DNA of 64,000 nucleotides, taken from positions 1 through 64,000 of the forward strand of contig CAYOYV010000001.1 in NCBI GenBank assembly GCA_964408285.1, written 5' to 3'. Below the pieces are notes generated by a model. That model worked only from the letters and a program-made list of their open reading frames with translations, made no database searches and was not told where the DNA came from. The stretch's first letter is position 1. Each line of letters starts with the position of its first letter. Shown here one piece after another: positions 40,193 to 49,263 of this stretch. Origin of the DNA: an uncultured Nitrososphaerota archaeon. GTDB taxonomy: Archaea; Thermoproteota; EX4484-205; JAAOZO01. The position numbers and the translations under genes were made by a program.

Positions 40193-40765
40193 CTATGCGA
40201 ACCTATTCCACCACATGATGCTCTCAAGGGGCCTCTTTGGAACATGAAGGGTGCCATTGTCATCAAGCCAGTACTTGACGTTATCGCCTATCATCGCTTC
40301 CGCGATGGATGTCTCGGCAGGATAGCCAAGTGAAACCACAAGGACTATTTCCAGCCCGATGGGAATATTGAGAGCGATTCTTAGCTTGTCCCTGTCAATT
40401 GAGCCAAGGATACATGAACCCAATCCCTCATCGTGAGCGACTAGACTAATGCTCATCGCTGCTATTCCTGCATCATGACCCGGGTCCTTTCTTATCGCTC
40501 TGTCAAGGAGGATTACTATGTAGGCTTTCGGCTTCTCCGTGGGTTCATGACCATAACTAGGGAGATATCCTGCCCATTTCAGCGTTGCAAAAACCCGTTC
40601 AAGTAGATCGGGTTCGTCGATCACGAGGTACTTCAATCCCTGGAGATTCGATCCGCAGGGTGAGAGCCTTGCGGCATCCACACATTTTACAAGGGCCTCT
40701 CGCGGCGCCTCCCTCTGCAAATACTTCCTTATTGTTCTCCTGCCAATGATCCTCTCGTAGATCAT
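40193..40765 (-). CDS. Nitroreductase family protein
   Basis: RRTIRKY, ARLSPCGSNLQ, DAGIAA, GLGSC and LGYP motifs. Confidence 0.9.
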   Translation of the reverse strand: MIYERIIGRRTIRKYLQREAPREALVKCVDAARLSPCGSNLQGLKYLVIDEPDLLERVFATLKWAGYLPSYGHEPTEKPKAYIVILLDRAIRKDPGHDAGIAAMSISLVAHDEGLGSCILGSIDRDKLRIALNIPIGLEIVLVVSLGYPAETSIAEAMIGDNVKYWLDDNGTLHVPKRPLESIMWWNRFA

Positions 40766-40954
40766 GCTCTGGGAATGTTGTAGGAGCTAAAATGGATTTT
40801 GCTGAGCCAGCCTAAGATGACGGTCGGGCGTCACACGCGTGCAGAATGCTATGGTGAACATGCATCATGCTGGCTTGGAAGGAGAAACGCGCGCTCTTTG
40901 TGCAGGGGAGGCTGCTCTCATGCCCAACGCTTCTGGAATGTGTAAAGAGTGGCA

Positions 40955-41719
40955 TTATCCGATGTTTTCTTCGTCGAGGAAATGGGTTTTGGTCTTGAAA
41001 CGTTTTTCGATCTTCTGTGCTAGGGCCTTGACTCCCGGCACCTCAGACGCGTAATGGCTTGCCAGTATCATGTTTACTCCCAATTCCTTTGCTACGAGCC
41101 TGCCAAACATCAGAGCTTCTCCGGTGACAAAGGTGTTGCAGCGAAGATTCTTTGCCTCATGAATCCATTCAGGGCGGCCTCCCCAGCCTGTCACTACCGC
41201 TATCCCCCCAAGCCGTTTGGATGCCATCCGCACCTGAGGTTTCATCCTAGTGACGCCTTCTAATCTGTGTACGAAATCTCGAAGATTGGTTCCTGAGTGC
41301 CCATAGACCCCGCTGTACTTTCCCGTTTCCGGATCGCGTATCAGCTCCCCTTCCACCTTCAAACCGATGGCAGAAGCAAATGAGGATGCTGTGCCGAAAT
41401 GCTTGGCTTGATCCAGGGCCTTATGGGCGACATACAGAGACAACCCGGAATCCCTCGAGATTCTGTATTTGTCCTCATAAAGAAATCCATCAGTGAACAG
41501 AGAGGCAGGATGATGAGTCACAAGGAGCCCCAGATCTCGTCCAACAGCCTGTCCGATTGTCTGAAGGGATAGGTTGACCCCGAGACCTACTGATTTCACG
41601 GATTGCTTCCCTTCCACCAATAGGCCTTCATGTTCTCTCTCGCTTCGATACTTCTCCATCTCCAGTAGTTCGTCGAGATAACCAGCGATGTCACTCAATC
41701 TCCATGATTGCCCTCTCAT
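40955..41719 (-). CDS. NIF3-like dinuclear metal centre protein
   Basis: LVTHHP, YVAH..LD, VTGE and SHYASE motifs; GGAGGTGA SD upstream. Confidence 0.85.
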   Translation of the reverse strand: MRGQSWRLSDIAGYLDELLEMEKYRSEREHEGLLVEGKQSVKSVGLGVNLSLQTIGQAVGRDLGLLVTHHPASLFTDGFLYEDKYRISRDSGLSLYVAHKALDQAKHFGTASSFASAIGLKVEGELIRDPETGKYSGVYGHSGTNLRDFVHRLEGVTRMKPQVRMASKRLGGIAVVTGWGGRPEWIHEAKNLRCNTFVTGEALMFGRLVAKELGVNMILASHYASEVPGVKALAQKIEKRFKTKTHFLDEENIG

Positions 41720-41821
41720 AAGGTCCCGTATTCACCTCCAGTCATTTAAGGCTTCGAGAAGGAGACGAGATGCCCTAAACCAGTTTTGTCCGGACTCTCA
41801 TTGACAGACCGGAGACTTGAT

Positions 41822-42319
41822 TCATGCGCCCAGTTGTTCTATTTTTCTCCTAGCCTCTTCGAGGATCTTCTTAGTCTGCTCCAATTTCTCCTCTGATGAG
41901 AGAACCCCAAGCTGTCTGATCGCAATGCCGATTTGCACGAGTTCTGATCTAAGCCCGAGCATCTTCGCACTGTGGTTCACGAACATTCTCTTCTTCCCAA
42001 ATGCCTCCAGCTCATTCCTGTGGCTCTCTAGATACTTCCTTCCCTCATCCGTGATCTGGTAGACCCTTTTCCCTTCCCTTGAGATGATGCTCGCGTATCC
42101 CATGTCCTCCAACAAACTCAGGGTCGGATAGATTAGGCCAGAGCTCGGGAAATACCAGCCACCATATCGTTCTGCGATCTTCTTCGACAATTCATATCCA
42201 TGCGAGGGTCCATCCTTCAGAGCCTCTAGGACGACCAGCTTGGCGAAGCCACGAGGTAGTCCAGAGAATCCTCGCATCATATGCCCCCTGGGTCCAGGTC
42301 CCCACCATGCCCCCCACAT
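41822..42319 (-). CDS. PadR family transcriptional regulator (YqjI-like)
   Basis: GPSHGYEL, PSSGLIYPTLSLLEDMG and KRVYQITDEG motifs; start refined to ATG 42319. Confidence 0.9.
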   Translation of the reverse strand: MWGAWWGPGPRGHMMRGFSGLPRGFAKLVVLEALKDGPSHGYELSKKIAERYGGWYFPSSGLIYPTLSLLEDMGYASIISREGKRVYQITDEGRKYLESHRNELEAFGKKRMFVNHSAKMLGLRSELVQIGIAIRQLGVLSSEEKLEQTKKILEEARRKIEQLGA

Positions 42320-42329
42320 TCGAGATACG

Positions 42330-42358
42330 TCATGATATATCGTGATGTGATATTTAAA
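42330..42358 (-). promoter_or_regulatory. TATA box plus imperfect 16-bp palindrome, putative PadR autoregulatory operator
   Basis: TCATGATATATCGTGA (42330-42345) is a dyad with one mismatched pair, lying between TTTAAATA (minus strand, 42351-42358) and the start codon. Confidence 0.65.
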
Positions 42359-42587
42359 TGTTGCTCCATCTGCAACGGATTCTCCGCCAAGAGACATCCC
42401 CATTATATCGCACAGTCCATAATGTTGACCTTGTTCGCTGCAATCCTGCGCGGTTCGGAGAATTCTTGAGTTCGAGACCTTAATCCTAGAGTAACCGGAC
42501 GGAAAGAAGCAGCAATGGAGGCCGCGACATGGGAAGATCTGCTGATCTGACTACCAGGGAGTATAGGGATATCTGCCGGAAGAACTC

Positions 42588-42905
42588 CTATTTCTTCTCG
42601 CCCAGGAGTACTCTCCAGTCCACGTGCTTTGTGACCAGGTCAACCAGCATCTGCTTCAGATTGCTCTGGGCCTCCTCCTTCCCCAACTGGCTCGAGTTCC
42701 AGGTCACAAAAGGCGGATAGAATGACCCCTCTTTGAATTTGGCCTTCCCATCCTGAACAGTGAATTTCAGATAGCCAAGTTCCCTAAGATAGCAGGTCTC
42801 ATTGGGGCATAATATGTCTATTTCATTGAGTTCCTTCTTGAGAAATAGCAGCTTGAACTCGCCTGCCTCATTGATATATCTTCCACATGGACACTGAATG
42901 GGCAT
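42588..42905 (-). CDS. Conserved hypothetical archaeal protein, probable Zn-binding
   Basis: CPCG...CPNETC cysteine pairs; divergent from the thermosome gene. Confidence 0.7.
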   Translation of the reverse strand: MPIQCPCGRYINEAGEFKLLFLKKELNEIDILCPNETCYLRELGYLKFTVQDGKAKFKEGSFYPPFVTWNSSQLGKEEAQSNLKQMLVDLVTKHVDWRVLLGEKK

Positions 42906-43025
42906 GAAAGTAGAATCCGATTTGGCTTAAAAAATCTATCGATTGGCTTGAGGTACCTTCTGCCCATTTGGTTCAGAAGTCATACACGTGAATGAGCTCT
43001 CGCCTAGCCGGCGCTGAACGATAAG

Positions 43026-43077
43026 GCAAAGCTTATAAGAGGTTTTTTGAGTATGCTGAAAATCAGATATGAGGTGA
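43026..43077 (+). promoter_or_regulatory. BRE/TATA promoter and Shine-Dalgarno site of the thermosome gene
   Basis: GCAAAG-CTTATAAG at 43026-43039; GAGGTGA at 43071-43077, 8 nt before the ATG. Confidence 0.7.
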
Positions 43078-43085
43078 TGTGTTAG

Positions 43086-44747
43086 ATGGCTACAGCAGTT
43101 CCGGCAGCTGCGGCTGGAACCCCAATACTCATATTGAAGGAAGGAAGCACTAGATCAAGGGGCAAGGAAGCACAGAGGAACAATATCATGGCGGCCAAAG
43201 TCATTGCGGAAGTTGTGAAGACTTGTCTTGGCCCCAAGGGAATGGACAAGATGCTGGTTGACTCCCTTGGTGATGTCACTATAACGAATGACGGAGCTAC
43301 GATCCTGAAGGAAATGGAAGTGGACCATCCGGCGGCGAAGATAATGGTTGAGGTCGCAAAGACCACAGACCAAGAAGTTGGCGATGGCACGACCTCGGGA
43401 GTCGTTCTGGCTGGTGAACTTCTGAAGAAAGCGGAAGAGTTGCTTGATATCGAGGTGCATCCGACCGTCATTGCTGAGGGCTACAGGCTTGCTGCTGGAA
43501 AGGCAATAGAGGGTTTGAAGGAATTCGCGGTGAAGGTAGACCCAAACGACAGGGAGATGCTGAAGAAGATCGCGATCACTTCATTGGCAGGCAAACTAGT
43601 CAAGGAAAACGCTGACTATCTTGCGGAGATCGTTGTCGATGCTGTCTGGAAGGTAACGAAGGAACAGGATGGCAAGTATGTTTCAAGAGTCGATGACATA
43701 AAGGTCGAGAAGAAGGCAGGAGGTTCAATCGGTGGGACAATTCTGATAGAAGGAATTGCGGTGGATAAGGAGGTGGTACATTCGGGAATGCCGAAGAGGG
43801 TCGAGAATGCCAAAATAGCGTTGATAAGTGGGCCGCTCGAGATTGAGAAAACGGAATTCGATGCGAAGATAAACATCGAAAGGCCTGAGCAGATAAAGGC
43901 CTTCTTGGATGAAGAACAAAGGATCCTGAAGGAGATGGCAGAAAAGGTCAAGGCATCTGGAGCAAGTGTTGCGCTCTGCCAGAAGGGAATAGACGATATA
44001 GCTCAGTACTATCTTGCCAAGGCTGGTATCCTTGCTGTGAGAAGGGTCAAGGAGTCTGATATGGAGAAGGCAGCCAAGGCGATCGGTGCGAGAGTCGTAA
44101 CGAATGTCGAGGATCTATCAGCGGCGGATCTTGGAGAAGCAGAACTTGTCGAGGAAAGAAAGCTTGGTGAGGACAAGTGGCTTTTCATAGAGAAATGCAA
44201 GAATCCGCTCTCTGTGACTCTGCTAATAAGGGGAGGAACCGAGAAGGTGGTTGACGAGACTGATCGAGCGCTCCATGACTGCATATATGTTGTGAAGGAC
44301 GTCATCATGAACCCGTACATAGTGGCAGGAGGAGGCGCAGTAGAGGTCGAGCTTGCGGTCAAGGTCAGGGACTTCGCTGAGAAGATAGCAGGGAAACAGC
44401 AACTTGTAGTCAGGAAATTCGCAGACGCACTTGAGGTAATTCCATCCTCGCTCTCAGAGACATCGGGCATGGACACTATAGACACTTTGGCCGAATTGAG
44501 AAAGCTTCACGAAGAGGGCCAGAAGTGGGCTGGAGTTGATGCGATAAACAGGAAGGCAAACGACATGTGGGCGAATAACATACTTGAACCGATGGTCGTG
44601 AAGGAACAAATCGTGAAGTCAGCCAGTGAGGCAGCAAGCATGATAATAAGAATCGACGATGTCATAGCATCAGGGAAACCGAAGGAGAGACCGATGCCAC
44701 CGAGGCCGCCAGAGGGAGGCATGGGTGGCCCAGGCGAGTTCGAGTAG
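43086..44747 (+). CDS. thsA: Thermosome subunit (group II chaperonin)
   Basis: [36 protein letters not shown] and IIRIDDVI motifs; alpha versus beta subunit cannot be resolved by eye. Confidence 0.97.
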   Translation: MATAVPAAAAGTPILILKEGSTRSRGKEAQRNNIMAAKVIAEVVKTCLGPKGMDKMLVDSLGDVTITNDGATILKEMEVDHPAAKIMVEVAKTTDQEVGDGTTSGVVLAGELLKKAEELLDIEVHPTVIAEGYRLAAGKAIEGLKEFAVKVDPNDREMLKKIAITSLAGKLVKENADYLAEIVVDAVWKVTKEQDGKYVSRVDDIKVEKKAGGSIGGTILIEGIAVDKEVVHSGMPKRVENAKIALISGPLEIEKTEFDAKINIERPEQIKAFLDEEQRILKEMAEKVKASGASVALCQKGIDDIAQYYLAKAGILAVRRVKESDMEKAAKAIGARVVTNVEDLSAADLGEAELVEERKLGEDKWLFIEKCKNPLSVTLLIRGGTEKVVDETDRALHDCIYVVKDVIMNPYIVAGGGAVEVELAVKVRDFAEKIAGKQQLVVRKFADALEVIPSSLSETSGMDTIDTLAELRKLHEEGQKWAGVDAINRKANDMWANNILEPMVVKEQIVKSASEAASMIIRIDDVIASGKPKERPMPPRPPEGGMGGPGEFE

Positions 44748-44769
44748 GCGCTGGAGAACATTCTGGGAA

Positions 44770-44892
44770 GCGGCCGTGGTCTAGTCTCGTAGGACTCTGG
44801 TCTAGCAGCTTAAGTCCAGTCTCCCAGCGCAGGAAGATAGCTGGTGACCCGGGTGCAAAATCGTGTCAGCGATGTGAATCCCGGCGGCCGCA
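44770..44892 (+). tRNA. tRNA-Gly: tRNA-Gly(CCC) with three BHB introns (44796-44814, 44827-44838, 44860-44878)
   Basis: Acceptor stem GCGGCCG/CGGCCGC plus A73. Removing the three inserts gives a 73-nt cloverleaf: D stem GTCT/GGAC, anticodon arm CCAGT-CTCCCAA-GCTGG, T arm CCGGG-TGCAAAT-CCCGG. Confidence 0.9.
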
Positions 44893-45163
44893 CCTTTTAT
44901 CTATCGACGGTTAGAAGTGATTCTCAAGCATTCAGATCATGCGGGGAACCCCGCCGCAGAACATTCACCTTTTGCGATGGTGGATTGTGGGTAGGAAGGT
45001 CATACAAGCGCAGGCATGAAACTCGATGCTCGGAGAAATGTTGGTCGAATCTGTTATTCCTTGCGGCCTTCATCCGGGAATCTTTGAGATCGAGTGAGGC
45101 GCCGTGCAATTGCAGGTAATCCTCTTCTGAGCCTTGGACTGCCATTTCAGCTACATGCAGCGA

Positions 45164-45712
45164 CTACCTTTTGGCTCCGCAACTGGGGCAAGCATCGAGG
45201 GTTTCGTCGTATAGACCATTGCAGTAAGCGCATCTTACCTTCACTATGACCTCCTTCTCCCTTATTATCTCCTTTACCGTTGGTGTAGTACTCGGCGGTG
45301 GTGGGGGTCCTTGAGCTTCGGCTTCCTTTCGTCCCTCAAGATCTAGGACATTGTTGAAAATCGGTGAAAAGGCGGCTTCAGCGGCCTCGAAGTACCGAGT
45401 GGCAGCACCGTAATCCTGAGCTGCGACTGAATAGAAGTAGTTGCCCAGAGTGTCCAGATAGGCGTTGCACTTTGGCACAGCCCATTCCAGGCCACTTGGC
45501 ATGGAGAATTCTTCAAGTTCCATTCTGAATTTCAGTATGTCGTCCCGCGCCTGCATCGCGACACCTTGCAGAGCTCGGTTGCGGGTTTCCTTGTCCTCCA
45601 ATGCTGTTGATCGATCCGCCTCCCTCATCTTGAAGAAATCTGTATTCCACAGGCGATCATACACTCTATTCATCCAGTCTGCCAATCCATACTTGTCAAT
45701 CTGCTTGCCCAA
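45164..45712 (-). CDS. Hypothetical protein with polyproline linker and C-terminal zinc ribbon
   Basis: GPPPPPS, then IIREKEVIVKVRCAYC...CPSCGA. Confidence 0.75.
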   Translation of the reverse strand: MGKQIDKYGLADWMNRVYDRLWNTDFFKMREADRSTALEDKETRNRALQGVAMQARDDILKFRMELEEFSMPSGLEWAVPKCNAYLDTLGNYFYSVAAQDYGAATRYFEAAEAAFSPIFNNVLDLEGRKEAEAQGPPPPPSTTPTVKEIIREKEVIVKVRCAYCNGLYDETLDACPSCGAKR

Positions 45713-45822
45713 TCTTTCGCGCTCGAGCCAATCATCAGGGCTGGGGCATTATTAACGCTTCTTGGAGGTCCAGATTCAATTCGAGGGGACTCTGGCTCGA
45801 TTCTTCGGAGTTCCTTTGCATC

Positions 45823-46053
45823 TTACTCTCCTATGAATATCGCAGAACTCCCCAAAGCGCAACAGAGGACGAGAATCGAAATGAAAATAATGCTCTTGTT
45901 AGGCCTCCTTCTGAGGATATACAAGAGCAGACAGAATCCGGAGATAAGACTAAGGACTATTGCCATGAAATATATGCCGAAGGGCACCGGTATTATGAAG
46001 AAAGTCAGGAAGCGATAGAAATGTATGTAGGAGAACATCTTCCCCATCGGCAA
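45823..46053 (-). CDS. Small hypothetical membrane protein or gene remnant
   Basis: Hydrophobic helices with an RRR loop. The frame stays open upstream without a start codon, so this may be a frameshifted remnant. Confidence 0.35.
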   Translation of the reverse strand: MPMGKMFSYIHFYRFLTFFIIPVPFGIYFMAIVLSLISGFCLLLYILRRRPNKSIIFISILVLCCALGSSAIFIGE

Positions 46054-46263
46054 CCACCAAGCAAAGAAGTCATCCCAAAAGGTTCTAACAAAAGAGAATA
46101 TCCTGCAGATCGAAACCAGAATCGTATCGAATTCACCACGGAGAGGGCCTGCCGCCGATTGATGCCGAATTCCCCCGTGTTCGTCATAGCCACCAGAAGC
46201 GTATGGCCTCTATAGGATTATCCTTGACATATCCCGGGCGATTGCGGACCAAAGTACAGCCGA

Positions 46264-47031
46264 TCATCGCCATACCGAATCCGGCGGCTCGATGGTTTTG
46301 GGATCCTCAATTCCATGCCGAGAAGATATTTCGAAAGCGGATGACGGACTGGTTTCTGTGAAACGATGTCGGAGATCTATCCTGGCCCAATCATATGGGG
46401 GTATCATCACATGCCAAGATACATGCATCTCCCAGCTCTCTGAGAAGAAGAGGTAGTGAGTAACGACCAACCATTCCGGGCTCACGATCGTCCCTATCCA
46501 GTCTGTCTTATTCGTAATGCCGAGCTCTGGGTGATTGGCCGCCAACCACGTAACGAACGTTTGACGGATTCCTGCAGCATAGCGCCGCAACTCCTCTTGG
46601 GCATCGGGTCCTCCGAAATCCCCTTCGAGCACCCCGAAGGTGACCGAATCCCTTTGCACGAGCCCTTGCCGTTCGCCGCGGACAGTTATTGTGATGTTTT
46701 CTCCAGCACTGTCTTCACCAGGTACCACTGTTATCTCGGCTACTTGCCCTAGCGCAATAGTAGAAGGCTCAATCGTGACCAACGCAAGACGTACAGGGGA
46801 AAGACTCGCGGATATGTTCACAGACTCACCTTCTCCTCTTCCTCGTCCTTCATCAACAACGGTGACCAGGAAAACAAGTCTCTGGCCGGGAATGCTTCCT
46901 CCTTTGATGCTCTCTGGAATTACCATGATGGAGAAGGGAGCTGGCATCTGATTCTGTTGGAACAGTGCGATGATTGAGATGCAGACAACCACGACAACTA
47001 CTGCGATCAGAAGTCCCTTTCTTCTGGTCAT
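46264..47031 (-). CDS. Hypothetical membrane-anchored or secreted protein with Ig-like region
   Basis: RRKG plus hydrophobic helix, beta-rich middle region, Trp-rich C-terminal domain. Confidence 0.75.
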   Translation of the reverse strand: MTRRKGLLIAVVVVVVCISIIALFQQNQMPAPFSIMVIPESIKGGSIPGQRLVFLVTVVDEGRGRGEGESVNISASLSPVRLALVTIEPSTIALGQVAEITVVPGEDSAGENITITVRGERQGLVQRDSVTFGVLEGDFGGPDAQEELRRYAAGIRQTFVTWLAANHPELGITNKTDWIGTIVSPEWLVVTHYLFFSESWEMHVSWHVMIPPYDWARIDLRHRFTETSPSSAFEISSRHGIEDPKTIEPPDSVWR

Positions 47032-47163
47032 TGACAGAGAGCGGATTCGGTGCCTTCGTATATCAGTGTTTTGCCTTTCAGGCCGACTACTCGCTTGACA
47101 CTAGGCTTAAATACCGAAAGCCATCCTCGCCCGCAACAAGGCCTGCAAAGTGGGATTCTCGAG

Positions 47164-47655
47164 ATGGACGGGAAAAGCGCCCTTAGAGGGAGAAAGTTGC
47201 TTTTGATGGGCAGCGCATTCTACCGAGAAAAGGCCCTGCCCCCAGCAGTCAAGAGCACGATAGACGAGGCCATTGCGAGAAAGATGAAAATCATTGTCGG
47301 AGAGGCCCACGGAGCAAGCAGGTCTTTCCAAGACTATCTCAAGTCCAAGGGCTACCGAAATGTAGTCGTTGGACATGCGATGAGAATTAGGTATAACGCA
47401 GGCGACTGGAAAACAAAACAATATGGACAGGACCTCCAGGAAAGGGAGAGAAGGATGATCGAGGACTGTGATTCAGCAATTGTCATGTGGGTGGACCAGA
47501 GCAGTGTGATAGCTGAGGATCTGGAACGCCTCAAGAGGCTGGGAAAACCAACGCTCTTGTATGAATATTCGAACAAGACCAAGATCTCCAAAATAGGTCC
47601 ACTTGATCCCAAGCGAATATACTCCCTGGGTTATTACATCTGGCATCGCAAGTAA
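47164..47655 (+). CDS. Hypothetical protein, SLOG/YspA-like Rossmannoid fold
   Basis: IIVGEAHGA..FQDYL, RERRMIEDCDSAIVMW and LKRLGKP resemble SLOG-superfamily motifs; start refined to ATG 47164. Confidence 0.6.
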   Translation: MDGKSALRGRKLLLMGSAFYREKALPPAVKSTIDEAIARKMKIIVGEAHGASRSFQDYLKSKGYRNVVVGHAMRIRYNAGDWKTKQYGQDLQERERRMIEDCDSAIVMWVDQSSVIAEDLERLKRLGKPTLLYEYSNKTKISKIGPLDPKRIYSLGYYIWHRK

Positions 47656-47793
47656 CAGAATGGAACAGGAGGCAGCAAACGAACCGAGAGACTCGTCCAT
47701 CTCACTTACATCGACGATCGGTTCCGTCATTCCATTGAAGGTATCCTCAGGTCTTGTCGAACCCGCTTGACAATATGATCGACAATCGAATCT

Positions 47794-48618
47794 TTAGGAT
47801 TTCCTCCTCTGACACTTCGGGCAAATATAAGTAGCCGTGGCCCCAGTCCTGATCTTCCGTATGGTTGTATGGCACACAGGACAAGGTTTTCCTTCCCTGT
47901 AACCGACAAGAAATTCTTTCGAGTCGAATCTACCGTTCCGACCGTAGAAATCCTTCTCATATGCCAATCCCCCCAGTTCGATGCTCCGATTGAGAGTCCT
48001 GACGATTGCCCGATGTAACTTGACAATCTCCTTCTCGGAAAGAGACGATGCTTTCCGCTCTGGGTGCAACCTCGCTCCAAAGAGTATGTCCTGTATGTAG
48101 ACGTTCCCTATGCCAGCCAACTCCTTCTGGTCAATCAGGAAGCTCTTTATCCCCATTTTTCTGCCAGCCAATAGGCTCTTGAGGCGCTCTTCCGTAAATC
48201 CTTCCTCCAGTGGCGATATTCCCAAGCCGGAAGTCAGCTTATGTCTCCCTAGGTCACCTTCCTCCACAAGGTGCACATAGCCGAACCACCAGAAGCGTAT
48301 CGTGAATCCAGTTCCATCTGTAAAGGTGACCCCAAATTGATACCGTCTGGGCGATTCGCGCTTCGGCGTAGAGTAAAGCAACTCTGCACCCATCCCAAGA
48401 TTGATCAATAAGAAATAGCCAGGATTCAGTTTCAGGAAAATCCATTTTCCTCTACTCGAGACTCTTCCTACAGTCTTTCCTTCTACAGCATTCATGAATC
48501 TTCGAGCAGGAAGATTGAGGATCTTCAGCTGCTTCACTTCTACGCTGGAAATGCGCTTACCAGCAATGGTCCTGTCCATCTGTCGTGAGATTATTGTTAT
48601 CTCAGGGAGCTCAGGCAT
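47794..48618 (-). CDS. mutM: Formamidopyrimidine-DNA glycosylase / Fpg-Nei family
   Basis: N-terminal MPELPE, RGK, LGM, H2TH motif GIGNVY, C-terminal CPVC...CPKCQ zinc finger. Confidence 0.93.
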   Translation of the reverse strand: MPELPEITIISRQMDRTIAGKRISSVEVKQLKILNLPARRFMNAVEGKTVGRVSSRGKWIFLKLNPGYFLLINLGMGAELLYSTPKRESPRRYQFGVTFTDGTGFTIRFWWFGYVHLVEEGDLGRHKLTSGLGISPLEEGFTEERLKSLLAGRKMGIKSFLIDQKELAGIGNVYIQDILFGARLHPERKASSLSEKEIVKLHRAIVRTLNRSIELGGLAYEKDFYGRNGRFDSKEFLVGYREGKPCPVCHTTIRKIRTGATATYICPKCQRRKS

Positions 48619-49263
48619 GTTGTTGTTGGCGGATGGGCCATTTTAAATGCGCTCTAAAGGAGACGCGTTGGGCAAGCAGTCTTCTTCAAGGCATGGGATA
48701 GATTTATGCATAGGCAAGGCTGGTTCGTCGAACAAGCGATGACCATGCACTGATTGGATTGGTCGATGGCATCCTCCACTCTGGGTGGTGAGGTACGTCT
48801 GTGAAGCCTTTTGATCTAACCTTCTTTGACCATCCTCTGCAGCATGGTCTTGTACTGATCACAATTGTACCTAGAACTGCAGCCGCGGCAGTCCATTAGC
48901 TGATCGGATAGCCTCCATATAGGCATGCTTGCTATCCTAGTCTCATCGATTTGGCAGGCATCCCTTCGTTTCATGGATCATCTTCCTCGTGGGTGCAGCA
49001 AGATGCCGAGTAGCATGTTGCCCTTGCCCATGCCATAATTAGGAGCAGCACAGGAGGCTATTTAAGGGATAGCGAGACTGAATTAGCTCGCCACCGTTTC
49101 ATAGAATGATATGCAAAGATTCTATTCCTCCCCTCGGAGAAGAGGATTTGCATCAATCAACCCAGCGATTGTGCCCCCCGTCCTATCAGAGCCCTCGGGA
49201 TCAGCGGATCGAGGAAATCTTGGCTTCCATTCCTGAGACACGCGCGCGTGTGTTGCGTCCCGA

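Noticed and set aside
48660-49230. Long gap without a good ORF (possible ncRNA or pseudogene)
   Set aside because: No recognisable protein motif in the frames examined and no convincing RNA structure; only the CG tract at its edge is notable.
44893-49263. Integrative element at the tRNA 3' end
   Set aside because: The region looks variable, but I found no integrase and no second copy of the tRNA 3' end in the window.
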